Shown: positions 16,045 through 28,245, counted from the first letter of the stretch. The stretch is 64,000 bases of DNA from Thiohalobacterales bacterium (GCA_041739295.1 JBGSOE010000441.1:123-64122), one strand, 5' to 3'. Made by a program: numbers and translations. Notes: generated by a model not told the origin, from the letters alone.

Positions 16045-18801
16045 ATGAACATCGGCCAAAAAAATGCGCTGTTCGTTACCACCCTGGTGCTGATGGTGCT
16101 GTGTGGTGTAACCCTGTCCGGGTATTATCTAGTTCGTGCTCATGTGCATGCCGAGATCGACCGCGACTTGGCGCGTGCGCAGCATGTGTTTGTCGAAGCC
16201 CAGAAGCACGCCATGGAAAACATGGTTACCACCGCCCGCGGTATGAGTCGTGAACCTAGTCTACTTGCTGCCGCATTAACCGGCGATGCAGAGACAGTGC
16301 GTGGCATGCTGGAAGACTTGTATCCACGTCCGGGTATCGATCTGGTCGCCGTGTATCTGGGCACAGGTTCGGGACAAGCTATCGCTGAAGGCAGCAAACC
16401 GCATTTCACGTCACCGCAGGTACTCGCATCGGAACCCTTGCAACAGTTGTTACACCAAGTTAGCAGTGGTGCGACGGTCGCGTATGGCAACGCGCTGGTG
16501 TTTGATACTTTCCTGCGTTTGGCCGCGATCCCGATTCGAAGCCCGTTGGGTGGCGCGATCGGTGTGATGGTTACCGGGCAGGAAATCAATCAAGCCTCAA
16601 TCAATGAGCTTAAGGAATTGGTACGCGCCGAGGTGGCACTGTTTTCCGGTAACGTGCTGCTGGGCAGTAGTTTGCCCAGTGGCATGGATTTGCAACAGCT
16701 GGATTACAGTGGCAATGACCGTACGCCATTGAATTTCATGGCTGGGGCCGAAACCTACATCGGTCATGCTTATCCGGTGTTCGGCGCCGATACGACGACT
16801 AAGGTTGCGCATGTGCTCCTGGCGCATTCCAGTGACAACTACTGGACGCCATACAAGCGACTTGGTAATAGCGCGTTGATAATCTCTACGCTGATTCTCC
16901 TGATTGCACTACTGGTCGGCATTACCGTCAGTCGCATCACATTGACGCGACCGATTATGGCGCTGGCGGAGGCAACCCGGCATATCGCGTCGGGTGATCT
17001 AACATATCAGGTGCGTATCCGTCGCCGCGATGAGCTGGGCCAGTTGGCAAACTCATTCAATAGCATGCTTGCCGATCTCAGTGCCTCGCAGGTGGAGCTC
17101 GAACGTAACCGTCAGCGTTTCCATGATTTCGCAGAAAGTTCGTCAGACTGGTTGTGGGAGACCGACCATCACGGGCGCTTTGTGTATGTCTCGTCCGGTG
17201 TAACCGATACCCTGCAGATGACAGCCGAGGAATTCATTGGTCGTACCCTGGCACAGGTATTCCCGCGCGATGACTTGAGCGAGGTCATGACACGTCTGCA
17301 ATGCACAGGTAGCAAATGTTATCCCTTCAAGGAAGTTGAGTGCGGCATCAGCCTGGCAGATGGTTCGCGTCGCCATTTGCGCTTAAATGGTATGCCGATA
17401 TCCGGTGATTCGCGGGTGCTCGGTTACCGCGGGACGACGCGTGATGTTTCCAAATCTGTTATGGATGAGGAGCGTCTGGTTGTGCTGGCAAATCAAGATC
17501 AGCTCACTGGGCTTGGCAATCGGCGTCGCTTCCTTATCGATCTGGCGCATGAGATTCGGCATGCACAGTCGCGAAACCGCGGCGGTGTATTGATGCTGAT
17601 CGATCTGGATCACCTCAAAATGGTCAACGACACAGCAGGTCATGCCGTGGGCGATGACCTGATCGTGACGATTGCGGGCTTGCTCAAGCGCATGTCACGC
17701 GATGAAGATCTGGTGGCGCGGGTCAGCGGTGACGAATTCGCTATCGCATTCCCTGATATGGATGAGCAGCAGGCGCGGGAGAAAGCGGCGGCAGTGCTGG
17801 AGGCGGTGGCCGAATGCCGGCCTGTACATCAGGGTCGGTCGCTCAATGTGTCGGCGAGTATCGGTTTGGTACTGTTCCCAGAACGCGGCGGTGATGCTGT
17901 TGAGCTGCTTGCCAAAGCGGATACCGCCATGTATGCGGCTAAGGATGCCGGCCGCAATCGTGCCAAATTCTATGTTGAGGGTGATACGTCGCGTGAACGC
18001 ATGGGTACGCAGCTGGCATGGAAGGGGCGCATTGTAGAGGCGTTGGAAAACGATTTGTTCGAACTCGCCTTCCAGCCAATCGCATCACTGATCGATGGCA
18101 ATGTGCATCATTACGAATGCCTGGTGCGCATGCGTGATCGCGATGGTGGTTGTCTCATGCCGGGGAATTTCATTCCGACGGCGGAACAGTTTGGTCTAAT
18201 TGGTCAGGTAGACCGGACCATTCTCAGTAAGGCCTTACGTCATCTGGCCTCGCTGCCAGCGGATATGGCTAACATCGGTATGTCTATTAATCTGTCAGGT
18301 ATGTCTGTGGGTGACGATGAAGTGTTGGCCTTGATTGAATCAGAATTGAAGCACACGGGTGTCGATCCCAAGCGCGTCACCTTTGAAGTCACTGAGACTG
18401 CCGCTTGCGAACAGATGGCCAAGGCCGCAGAATTTATTGCACGCGTGCGTCAGTTCGGTTGTCGTATCTCGTTAGACGATTTCGGCGTGGGCTTCTCGTC
18501 GTTCTCTTATCTGAAGAATCTCCGCGTCGATACACTCAAGATCGACGGTAGTTTCATACGTGACATCATTCGAAATCGCGAAGATCAATTATTCGTCAAG
18601 GCGCTGGTGGATGTCTCGCGTGGCATGGGTATTCACACCATCGCGGAATTTGTTGAGAACGCCGCAACAGTTGAAATGCTGCGACGCCTGGGTGTGGATT
18701 ATGTTCAAGGCTACTACATTGGCCGACCCGGTAAGGTCATGACCAAGTTCACGCTCGGCCATACGGCTTCAACAGGTAACAGTCAAGCCGTCGCAGGTTA
18801 A
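16045..18801 (+). CDS. Membrane sensor: periplasmic domain, HAMP, PAS, GGDEF and EAL (c-di-GMP turnover)
   Basis: 918 aa. HAMP region (RPIMALAEATRHIASGDL). SGDEF with an RDED I-site 5 aa upstream. ECL variant of EAL, plus DDFGVGFSS. Confidence 0.92.
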   Translation: MNIGQKNALFVTTLVLMVLCGVTLSGYYLVRAHVHAEIDRDLARAQHVFVEAQKHAMENMVTTARGMSREPSLLAAALTGDAETVRGMLEDLYPRPGIDLVAVYLGTGSGQAIAEGSKPHFTSPQVLASEPLQQLLHQVSSGATVAYGNALVFDTFLRLAAIPIRSPLGGAIGVMVTGQEINQASINELKELVRAEVALFSGNVLLGSSLPSGMDLQQLDYSGNDRTPLNFMAGAETYIGHAYPVFGADTTTKVAHVLLAHSSDNYWTPYKRLGNSALIISTLILLIALLVGITVSRITLTRPIMALAEATRHIASGDLTYQVRIRRRDELGQLANSFNSMLADLSASQVELERNRQRFHDFAESSSDWLWETDHHGRFVYVSSGVTDTLQMTAEEFIGRTLAQVFPRDDLSEVMTRLQCTGSKCYPFKEVECGISLADGSRRHLRLNGMPISGDSRVLGYRGTTRDVSKSVMDEERLVVLANQDQLTGLGNRRRFLIDLAHEIRHAQSRNRGGVLMLIDLDHLKMVNDTAGHAVGDDLIVTIAGLLKRMSRDEDLVARVSGDEFAIAFPDMDEQQAREKAAAVLEAVAECRPVHQGRSLNVSASIGLVLFPERGGDAVELLAKADTAMYAAKDAGRNRAKFYVEGDTSRERMGTQLAWKGRIVEALENDLFELAFQPIASLIDGNVHHYECLVRMRDRDGGCLMPGNFIPTAEQFGLIGQVDRTILSKALRHLASLPADMANIGMSINLSGMSVGDDEVLALIESELKHTGVDPKRVTFEVTETAACEQMAKAAEFIARVRQFGCRISLDDFGVGFSSFSYLKNLRVDTLKIDGSFIRDIIRNREDQLFVKALVDVSRGMGIHTIAEFVENAATVEMLRRLGVDYVQGYYIGRPGKVMTKFTLGHTASTGNSQAVAG

Positions 18802-18805
18802 TTCT

Positions 18806-20207
<1,402 letters not shown>

Positions 20208-20313
20208 GATGGATTCCGTATAGGCACAGTGCGAGGCGGACAAGTATAACCAATAACCGGGCATGGCCAACGCACCGCGGGTGCGGCCGCCCTGCTTGAG
20301 GATGGGCAAGGGA

Positions 20314-21405
20314 ATGTCGAAACCGAAATCTATGAATGAGACAGCGCCGCGCTCGGCCCTGGCGGCGGGGCTGAGCGATAGCTTCTTCCTGCCGAATTTC
20401 TGCGCCATCCGCATGGTGTTTGCCGTGGTGGTGGTGGCGGAGCTGTTGGCTTTCATCCTGATCCTGGCCGCGCCTTGGACTGGTAATCAATGGGGCGAGC
20501 TGGGACTGGTCTCGCTGTTTGTGCAGTGGGTGGCCCTGGTCAGTGCCGCGGTCTTGTGTGGCTTGCGGCGCTGGTTGATACGCATGAGCAGTGTCGCTGC
20601 GTCTTTGGTGAGTTATCTCTCACTGCTGTTGATTACGGTTGTGCTCAGTGAAATTGCCTACCGTCTGGCCGGTACTGTGGATCAGTCCAGCCTGGACCAC
20701 GCCGGTTTTCTGCTACGCAACCTGGCCATCAGCGCGCTGGTGAGTGGCATGGTGTTGCGCTACTTTTACGTGCGCCATCAGTGGGCCCAGCAGATACAGG
20801 CCGAGGCACAGGCGCGGGTGCAGGCCCTGCAAGCGCGCATCCGCCCGCATTTTCTGTTCAACAGCCTGAACACTATTGCGGCTCTGACCAGCAGTCGTCC
20901 TGAGCTGGCCGAAGAAGTGGTGCAGGATCTGGCCGAGTTGTTTCGGGTGACCATGCGTGATATGCGCGAACAGGTCACCTTGGAACAGGAGCTGAATTTT
21001 ACCCGCAGCTATTTACGCATTGAAGCGCAGCGCCTCGGTGATCGTTTGCAGGTGGACTGGACGCTGAAGAACCTGCCGCTGCAGGCGCCCGTCCCACCAC
21101 TGGTTCTGCAGCCGCTGGTCGAAAATGCCGTGTATCACGGCATTGAACCGCGCGCCGACGGTGGCCGGGTGCACATCCTCGTGACCTATAACAAAGGTAT
21201 ACTGCGTCTGGAAGTGCGCAATCCACTGCCGCCGCAGGTGGTGCGTCCGCACGGCAATGGTAACCATATGGCCTTGGACAATATCCGCGAACGTCTGCAA
21301 CTCGCCTATGGACCCGAGGCGCGCTTGGAAATGGATCAGCGTGAGGGTTTGTATCGCGTGCGTGCAATGTTCCCCCTGTCTGATACAGGGGGTGCGTCCG
21401 AATGA
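20314..21405 (+). CDS. algZ: LytS/AlgZ(FimS)-type sensor histidine kinase
   Basis: Multi-TM N-terminus and His_kinase motif [11 protein letters not shown]. The argH / kinase-LytTR regulator-hemC order matches Pseudomonas. The start is uncertain (20263, 20302 or 20314). Confidence 0.8.
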   Translation: MSKPKSMNETAPRSALAAGLSDSFFLPNFCAIRMVFAVVVVAELLAFILILAAPWTGNQWGELGLVSLFVQWVALVSAAVLCGLRRWLIRMSSVAASLVSYLSLLLITVVLSEIAYRLAGTVDQSSLDHAGFLLRNLAISALVSGMVLRYFYVRHQWAQQIQAEAQARVQALQARIRPHFLFNSLNTIAALTSSRPELAEEVVQDLAELFRVTMRDMREQVTLEQELNFTRSYLRIEAQRLGDRLQVDWTLKNLPLQAPVPPLVLQPLVENAVYHGIEPRADGGRVHILVTYNKGILRLEVRNPLPPQVVRPHGNGNHMALDNIRERLQLAYGPEARLEMDQREGLYRVRAMFPLSDTGGASE

Positions 21406-22127
21406 AGGTGTTGCTGGTTGACGACGAAACCCTGGCCCGTGATCGTCTGCGACGCTTGCTCGCAGAGCTACCCGATTGTGAGTTGTGTGGCGAGGCGGCC
21501 GATGGCCGCACGGCACTGGAGCTGAGTGTACAGTTACAGCCAGACGTAGTGTTGATGGATATCCGCATGCCCGGCATGGACGGGTTGGAGGCAGCGCGTC
21601 ACCTGGCCGGTTTACCCGATCCGCCTGCGGTGATCTTCACTACCGCCTTTGGCGATCATGCCTTGGAGGCCTTCGAGGCCTGTGCCGTCGACTATTTATT
21701 GAAGCCGATTCGTGGCGAGCGGCTTGCCGCAGCGCTGGGTAATGCGCGACGTCTGACCCGTGCTCAGGCTACCCAGTTGGATCTGGACACCGGCGGGGTA
21801 CGTAATCACATCTGCATCCGCGTGCGTGGCAATCTACAGCTCATTCCGGTCTCAGATATCCGCTTTTTCCGAGCCGACAATAAATATGTCACGGTGCGCA
21901 CTGGGGATGCCGAATATCTGATTGAAGAACCACTCAAGGCGCTGGAAGACGAATTCACCGACCGTTTTCTGCGTATTCACCGCAATGCCCTGGTCGCCGC
22001 GGATTTCGTGATTGGTTTGGAGAAGAACGCGGAAGGCCAATGTCTGGTCGTGCTGGCGGGGATCGATGAGCGTTTGGAAGTCAGTCGCCGGCACCAGCCG
22101 GACGTACGGGCGCGAATATCGACCTGA
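21402..22127 (+). CDS. algR: LytTR-family response regulator
   Basis: 241 aa. Receiver domain (VLLVDDE, DVVLMDIRMPGMDG) plus a LytTR DNA-binding domain (IRFFRADNKYV). Confidence 0.88.
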   Translation: MKVLLVDDETLARDRLRRLLAELPDCELCGEAADGRTALELSVQLQPDVVLMDIRMPGMDGLEAARHLAGLPDPPAVIFTTAFGDHALEAFEACAVDYLLKPIRGERLAAALGNARRLTRAQATQLDLDTGGVRNHICIRVRGNLQLIPVSDIRFFRADNKYVTVRTGDAEYLIEEPLKALEDEFTDRFLRIHRNALVAADFVIGLEKNAEGQCLVVLAGIDERLEVSRRHQPDVRARIST

Positions 22128-22385
22128 AAATAGGGGCGGAGACGAATTATGTACTGCCTGTGGTAACGGCACCGCTGTGGCGGTGGAATTCGTCTTACCC
22201 GAATGGCACTTAACTTAAGCCCAAATCCAATAAAGATGGCCACGGAACCCACGGAAGAGCACGGAAATAACCATAGAAAAAGGCCTTTTTCAGTGTACTT
22301 CCGTGGATTCCGTGGCTAGATGTATGACGCTGCCAGGTCATCTGAGAGGCTTAAGTAAGGACCATTCGTCTCCGGCCCCTATTTT
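22127..22385. repeat. About 260-bp nested palindromic element between convergent genes
   Basis: Three concentric stems. Outer: 22127-22147 with 22364-22385. Middle: 22201-22221 with 22348-22367. Inner: GCCACGGAACCCACGGAAG (22239-22257) with CTTCCGTGGATTCCGTGGC (22298-22316). There is a side hairpin at 22140-22195 and a central AAAAAGGCCTTTTT palindrome. Confidence 0.85.
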
Positions 22386-22876
22386 CGAACCCGGCGCAGT
22401 GCCATATCGATGTTGTCATCCAGATAGCCGCCGTAGAATTCCGGGGTATTGATGCCGACCATGCGTTCGGCAAGTTCACGCCCCATGCTATCCAGGAACA
22501 ACAGGGTCGGGTACACACGAACGTGGTAACGACCGGCGAGCTGGTCGGTGTCCAGGGCTGTGCCATCAAAATCGATCAGACGCTGTCCAGCATCGACAAT
22601 CACCTTGCGGATCAGGATCTTGTCCTGATAGTGGCCACTGATGAGCATGGGCTTGAGGAAGTCCTCCTCCAGCAATAGGCAGTAATCGCAGCTATCGGCA
22701 GTGAACGACAGCAGGATCGGTAACTTGTGTGTCTGGGCGAGTTGCGCGTCGGCGGCGAGGTCGCGGCTCTGTTCCACCTGTGGTGCTATCCCCGGGTCAG
22801 CATCGGCCCACAGCGGCATCGCCAAGGCAAATGCCAAGATCTTGAGATACTTGGGCTTGCAACCAACTTCGCGCAC
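22379..22876 (-). CDS. Secreted thioredoxin-fold protein
   Basis: 165 aa with a signal-like N-terminus, a CDYC (CxxC) motif and VRVYPTLLFL. Confidence 0.75.
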   Translation of the reverse strand: MREVGCKPKYLKILAFALAMPLWADADPGIAPQVEQSRDLAADAQLAQTHKLPILLSFTADSCDYCLLLEEDFLKPMLISGHYQDKILIRKVIVDAGQRLIDFDGTALDTDQLAGRYHVRVYPTLLFLDSMGRELAERMVGINTPEFYGGYLDDNIDMALRRVRK

Positions 22877-22966
22877 TCGTTATCCTCCCAGCCTGCGTCC
22901 ACTGTGTCGACGCGACCGACCCACCTTATACGCCACTGTGTAATCTGAGCCTACAGACTATCAATC

Positions 22967-23899
22967 ATGCCGCAAAGTGTAATACGAATCGCCACCCGTA
23001 AAAGCGCCCTCGCCCTCTGGCAGGCCGAACATGTCCGTCAGGGCCTACAGCTGCACCATCCCGGTCTCCAGGTCGAACTGGTGACCATGACCACTCGCGG
23101 TGATCAGATCCTCGACAGCCCGCTCGCGAAAGTCGGTGGCAAGGGGCTGTTCGTCAAGGAGCTCGAGCAGGCCTTGTTGGAGGGACGGGCGGATATCGCG
23201 GTGCATTCCATGAAGGATGTCCCGGTGGATCTGCCGGAGGGCCTGGAGCTGGCGGTGATTCTGGAACGTGAAGATCCGCGCGATGCCTTTGTCTCTAATC
23301 AGTACGCGACACTGGACGATCTGCCGCAGGGCGCCCGCGTCGGTACCTCCAGCCTGCGTCGCCAGTGTCAGCTGTACGCGCTGCGGCCAGACCTAGCCAT
23401 CGGTGATTTGCGCGGCAATGTGAATACCCGCCTGGATAAGCTCGATCGTGGTGATTACGACGCCATTATCCTGGCTTGTGCCGGTCTCAAGCGGCTGGGT
23501 TTCGGCGAGCGCATCCGCCAGGAACTGGGTCCCGAGATCATCCTGCCGGCGATCGGCCAGGGTGCGATAGGGATCGAATGCCGGGTCGGTGATACGGCTG
23601 TCCACGATGCCATTCGGCCACTAGGGCATGCCAAGACCCACGATCGGTTACGTGCTGAACGCTCGCTCAACCTGCATCTGAGCGGTGGCTGTCAGGTGCC
23701 GATCGCCGGTTATGCCGAGATCGATCACGGCGTGGTGGTGTTGCGCGGATTGGTGGGGCGTCCGGATGGTAGCCAGCTGATTACGGGTGTGATCAGTGGT
23801 CGGCCTGAAAACGGTGATGAACTCGGCCAGGTGCTTGCCGAAGATCTGCTCGGGCGCGGTGCGGATGTCATCCTCCGCGAGCTGTACGAAGAGCTTTGA
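22967..23899 (+). CDS. hemC: Hydroxymethylbilane synthase
   Basis: 310 aa. [25 protein letters not shown]. Confidence 0.95.
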   Translation: MPQSVIRIATRKSALALWQAEHVRQGLQLHHPGLQVELVTMTTRGDQILDSPLAKVGGKGLFVKELEQALLEGRADIAVHSMKDVPVDLPEGLELAVILEREDPRDAFVSNQYATLDDLPQGARVGTSSLRRQCQLYALRPDLAIGDLRGNVNTRLDKLDRGDYDAIILACAGLKRLGFGERIRQELGPEIILPAIGQGAIGIECRVGDTAVHDAIRPLGHAKTHDRLRAERSLNLHLSGGCQVPIAGYAEIDHGVVVLRGLVGRPDGSQLITGVISGRPENGDELGQVLAEDLLGRGADVILRELYEEL

Positions 23900-23905
23900 T
23901 CCACA

Positions 23906-24700
23906 ATGGCGCCTGCGGCTGATGGCGGCGTTTCCCAAATGGCGCTGACCGGGCGCGGCATTCTGGTGACCCGCCCCGCGCATCAGGCGGAACCGTTATG
24001 TCAGCTGCTGGAAGCTGCCGGTGCACGCGTACTGCGTTTTCCGGTATTGGCGATTGAGCCAGCGCAGGATAGACAGACAGTACAGTCGCAATTGGCACGC
24101 TTGACCGATTACGATACGGCAATCTTTATCAGTGCGAATGCCGTCGAGCAGACCATGGCACTGCTGCCGCCACAGTCCTGGCCAGCGCACTTGAAGGTCG
24201 CTGCGATCGGCAGTGCAACGACACGTGCGCTGGCGTTGCATGGTGTGTCGGTGGCCAGCAGCCCGACAGTGGGCTTCACTAGTGAGGCGTTGCTGGCCTT
24301 AGCCGAATTTCAGCAGGTACGTGGCCAGCGCATCCTGATACTGCGTGGCGAAGGTGGGCGTGAGCATTTGCGCGATATCCTAATATCGCGTGGCGCACAG
24401 GTGGAATATATCGAAGTCTATCGCCGCGTGCGGGCGGACAGCGACCCCCTGCCGCTGCTGACACAGTGGCAGGCCGGCGCAATTGATGCGGTGCTGCTGA
24501 CCAGCACTGAAAGTTTGAACCAGCTACACGCGATCATTGGTACACTCGGGCAGCAGTTATTATGTACCACCTGTCTAGTGGTGGCCAATGTGCGTATCCG
24601 CGAGCTGGCACAGTCGTTGGGCCATGCGGGACCAGTTGTTATCGCCGCCGATGCGACAGACGCCGCAATGCTAGACGCGCTACGCCGTCATTATTCCTAG
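23906..24700 (+). CDS. hemD: Uroporphyrinogen-III synthase
   Basis: 264 aa, positioned after hemC. GILVTRPAHQA. The start could instead be 23939. Confidence 0.85.
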   Translation: MAPAADGGVSQMALTGRGILVTRPAHQAEPLCQLLEAAGARVLRFPVLAIEPAQDRQTVQSQLARLTDYDTAIFISANAVEQTMALLPPQSWPAHLKVAAIGSATTRALALHGVSVASSPTVGFTSEALLALAEFQQVRGQRILILRGEGGREHLRDILISRGAQVEYIEVYRRVRADSDPLPLLTQWQAGAIDAVLLTSTESLNQLHAIIGTLGQQLLCTTCLVVANVRIRELAQSLGHAGPVVIAADATDAAMLDALRRHYS

Positions 24701-24726
24701 AACGGCGCGCAACACTGGAATGAATC

Positions 24727-25887
24727 ATGAACCAAGATAAAAATGCAGCCAACACACCCGAGGCCACACCAGCAGAGTTGACTGTTGTGGCGGATAAACA
24801 GGCAAGCACATCAGCGTCCCCGCCCGACGTACGTCGAAATCTGGCGCAACCGCTGGCGGTCGCGGCTTTGCTGGTTGCGGTGGGCTTAGTAGTCGGTGGT
24901 TATTTCATCTGGCACGAAGTACAGCGCCTCGGTAGCTGGCAAGAGGAGGTGCTGGGCCAGATCGACAGTCGCAGTCAGGGACTTGATCAACGCCTGCAAA
25001 GTTTCAAAGACCGCATGGACAGCGATGTGGCCGCAACCGAACGCGCACGCCGCAGTCTCGAAGAAGAACAGCGTCAACTTGCTAATGCGCAGCAGGGCTT
25101 AGAAGAATCGATTGGTGTACTGCGCGCTCAGCTTGGCAACAGCCGCAACGATTGGATGTTGGCTGAGGTGCAGTATCTGCTGCAGGTCGCTAATCAACGT
25201 ATTCAATTGGAACGCGATGTGCTCACTACCCGCGCCGCACTGTCCAGCGCGGATCGACGTCTGCAGACACTGGCCGATCCGGGCTTCAATGGCGTGCGCG
25301 AACAGATTGCTCGCGAGCTAGTCGAGCTGGATGTGGTGGCGCTGCCGGATCTGGCGGGCATTGCATTGACGCTTGATACGCTGGCGGGCCAGGTGAATCA
25401 GCTGCCGCTCAAGGATGCGCAGGTCCATCACCAAGGCAGTGCGCAGGCTGCATCAACCACCACCGAACCCACCGTGACCGATTGGACGCGTTTGCCACGA
25501 TTAATCTGGCAGGAGTTGCGCCAATTAGTGGTAGTACGGCGCAACGACACACCGGTCGGTCCGCTATTAGCGCCCGAACAGCAATTTTTCCTCTACGAAA
25601 ATCTGCGCCTGCAATTGAACAGCGCGCGTCTGGCCGCGCTGCAGGGTGAAACGGAAAGTTATCGCGCCAGCCTCAAGACCGCGCAGGCCTGGTTGGGCGA
25701 TTATTTTGATGTCGACGCGCCACAGATTGCCGCGGCGCGTAGCGAACTCGAACGTCTTGCGGGCATCGATATGCGCCCGCCACTGCCAGACATCAGCACC
25801 TCGCTGCGCTTATTGCGGCAGCAGATGCATCTGGCCGATCTGGATTCGCCCGCCAAGCCTACGGCGGTAAATGGAGCTGCACCATGA
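24727..25887 (+). CDS. hemX: HemX-like membrane protein (uroporphyrinogen-III C-methyltransferase-like annotation)
   Basis: 386 aa with one TM and a coiled-coil-like periplasmic part. Contains WMLAEVQYLLQVANQRIQLERD. Confidence 0.85.
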   Translation: MNQDKNAANTPEATPAELTVVADKQASTSASPPDVRRNLAQPLAVAALLVAVGLVVGGYFIWHEVQRLGSWQEEVLGQIDSRSQGLDQRLQSFKDRMDSDVAATERARRSLEEEQRQLANAQQGLEESIGVLRAQLGNSRNDWMLAEVQYLLQVANQRIQLERDVLTTRAALSSADRRLQTLADPGFNGVREQIARELVELDVVALPDLAGIALTLDTLAGQVNQLPLKDAQVHHQGSAQAASTTTEPTVTDWTRLPRLIWQELRQLVVVRRNDTPVGPLLAPEQQFFLYENLRLQLNSARLAALQGETESYRASLKTAQAWLGDYFDVDAPQIAAARSELERLAGIDMRPPLPDISTSLRLLRQQMHLADLDSPAKPTAVNGAAP

Positions 25888-27143
25888 GGTTCCTGGCGAC
25901 GCTGTTAATCAGCCTGATTGCAGCGGTAACGCTGGGAGTGGTGCTGGTGAAAGAGCCGGGTTATGTGTTGATCGGCTATGGCGAATGGACGTTAGAGACC
26001 ACCGTGTCGCTGCTGTTGTTTACCTTGCTGCTGGGATTTGCTGGACTGTATCTGCTGCTGCGTTTCTTTGCCGGTTTGCGCCGTGCCCCGCAACGGTTGC
26101 AGCTTTGGGAGCAGCGCCGTAAAGCACTGCGCGCGCGTAACAATCTTAATCGTGGTCTGATTGAACTCGCCGAAGGCGACTGGGCTGCGGCCGAGAAACG
26201 TCTGCTCAAGCACGCGGGTGAAAGTGAAACGCCGCTACTCAATCATCTGGCGGCGGCGCGCGCTGCACAGCAGCAGGGCGCCCATGAACGCCGCGATCAT
26301 TATCTGCGGTTGGCGCATCAGGGCATGCCCGACGCCGATATCGCCGTGGGTCTGACTCAAGCCGAACTGCAGATTGCACATCGGCAGATGGAGCAGGCGC
26401 TCGCCACCCTCACCCATTTGCGCACCCTGGCACCCCGCCACGCTTATGTGTTGAAAATGCTGATGCGACTCTATGAGCAGTTGCAGGATTGGGAGCATCT
26501 GCGCGATTTATTGCCCGAACTGCGCAAGCGCGGTGTACTGGAAGATGTGGCTGCTGATAAATTGGAAGTGCGGCTGCACTGTGAGCTGCTGGCCCAAGCC
26601 GCACGTGGCCGCGATGCAGAAATGCTGCGCGATGCCTGGAATCGCGTACCGCGCCGCTTGTTGCAAAACGCGGATCTGGTGTTTACCTACGCGACTCAGT
26701 TGCATGCATTAGGCGATGACATCGCCGCCGAAGACCTGCTGCGTGCAACGTTGAAAAAGGAATGGGATGAGCGTTTGGTTGATTTGTACGGAAGGTTGCA
26801 TGGCGATCTTAACCGGCAACTCAATAACGGAGAAGAGTGGCTGCGCAGCCATGACCGCAATCCGATACTGCTGCTGGCACTGGGGCGTTTGGCGATGCGC
26901 AGTAGTCTCTGGGGCAAGGCCCGTGGCTACCTGGAGGCGAGCATTGGTGTCGCGCCGACCGTTGAAAGTTACCAGCTGTTGGGCGCGTTGGCCGAACAAC
27001 TCAACGATACAGGGTTGGCGACACAGTGTTACCGGCAAGGGATGTTGATGGCGACCGGTGCCAAGGCGTTGGTGGTTGCTGCTGCGAATGCTGACACTGA
27101 TAGCGAGGATCTGCCGCGCCTGGTCGAGGCGCGCTCAATCTGA
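25884..27143 (+). CDS. hemY: HemY-like protein (HemY N-terminal domain plus TPR-like region)
   Basis: 419 aa with two N-terminal TMs. 4-nt overlap with hemX. Confidence 0.85.
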   Translation: MRFLATLLISLIAAVTLGVVLVKEPGYVLIGYGEWTLETTVSLLLFTLLLGFAGLYLLLRFFAGLRRAPQRLQLWEQRRKALRARNNLNRGLIELAEGDWAAAEKRLLKHAGESETPLLNHLAAARAAQQQGAHERRDHYLRLAHQGMPDADIAVGLTQAELQIAHRQMEQALATLTHLRTLAPRHAYVLKMLMRLYEQLQDWEHLRDLLPELRKRGVLEDVAADKLEVRLHCELLAQAARGRDAEMLRDAWNRVPRRLLQNADLVFTYATQLHALGDDIAAEDLLRATLKKEWDERLVDLYGRLHGDLNRQLNNGEEWLRSHDRNPILLLALGRLAMRSSLWGKARGYLEASIGVAPTVESYQLLGALAEQLNDTGLATQCYRQGMLMATGAKALVVAAANADTDSEDLPRLVEARSI

Positions 27144-28178
27144 CTTTGTTGTTTTATCGCGGATGTCGGCACCAAATTCAAAGGCGTCCGAGAACATCTG
27201 CTCGACCGGTATCCCCAGCTTCAGGAATTGTTCGCGGCCGGCATCGCACATTGCCGGCGGGCCACTCATGTAGACATCGAAGTCGTGCAGGTTTGGATAG
27301 GTGCGTGCTACCGCATCCAAGACCAGGCCGGTTTCGCCGGACCACTGATCGTCGACCTCGGGTTCCGACAGCACCGGGGTATAGCGAAAGTTCGGATGCT
27401 CGGCGAGCCAGCCCTGGATAAGCTCCTGCATATATAGATCACGTTTGGCGCGCACGCCCCAGAACAGGTGCAACGGGTGGTCGGAGCCAATGTGGAAGGC
27501 GTGCTCGAGCATGCTTTTGAGTGGCGCAAACCCGGTGCCACCGCCAAGCAGAATGACCGGCCGCGGTGATTCGTCGCGCAGGTAGTAGGAACCCAGAGGA
27601 CCTTCCAGGCGCAGCATCGATTTCGGCTTCATCTCTTCGAAGACGTAATGCGTGAACTCGCCGCCGGGGATCAGGCGGATGTGCAGCTCGATATAGGCGT
27701 CATCGTGAGGAGGATTGGCGATGGAAAAGCCGCGGCGGCGACCGTCTTTGAGCAGGATTTCCAGATACTGTCCGGCCAGAAACTGCAGGCGCTCGCTAGC
27801 CGGCAGTTTGAGGCGCAACCGCATGATGTCGTGGGTGAGCGGCTGGATGTCTTCAACACGCGCCGGTAGATTTTTGATTTCGACATCGGCAGCTGCGCTG
27901 ATTTCGCGGGTTTCCAACGCAAGATCCGTTAGCGGGTAGGCCTGGCAGACGAGTATCTTGCCGGCCTGGATATCGCTTTGCTCCAGCGCCGGGGGCGGCG
28001 TATCGCCGTCATAACGGATGCGCCCCGCCAGCAGCTTGGCCATGCAACTACCACAGGCGCCACTGCGGCAGCCATAGGGCAATACCAAGCCCTGGCGCAG
28101 CGCGGCGGTGAGGACGGATTCACCGGTTTCGACACTGAAACTGCGGCCACTGGGTTTTAAATGAACCTGAAACGACAT
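27135..28178 (-). CDS. 2Fe-2S ferredoxin / FNR-type oxidoreductase (CDP-6-deoxy-delta-3,4-glucoseen reductase-like)
   Basis: 347 aa. CRSGACGSC...C cluster, RGFS FAD motif, GGGTGFAP NAD(P) motif. Confidence 0.85.
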   Translation of the reverse strand: MSFQVHLKPSGRSFSVETGESVLTAALRQGLVLPYGCRSGACGSCMAKLLAGRIRYDGDTPPPALEQSDIQAGKILVCQAYPLTDLALETREISAAADVEIKNLPARVEDIQPLTHDIMRLRLKLPASERLQFLAGQYLEILLKDGRRRGFSIANPPHDDAYIELHIRLIPGGEFTHYVFEEMKPKSMLRLEGPLGSYYLRDESPRPVILLGGGTGFAPLKSMLEHAFHIGSDHPLHLFWGVRAKRDLYMQELIQGWLAEHPNFRYTPVLSEPEVDDQWSGETGLVLDAVARTYPNLHDFDVYMSGPPAMCDAGREQFLKLGIPVEQMFSDAFEFGADIRDKTTKSD

Positions 28179-28245
28179 GATCTGGATGCGTGGGCCTGGC
28201 TAAGGGGCCGGCGATTGTCGCTTATTTGAACTAGGAGATAAACCG

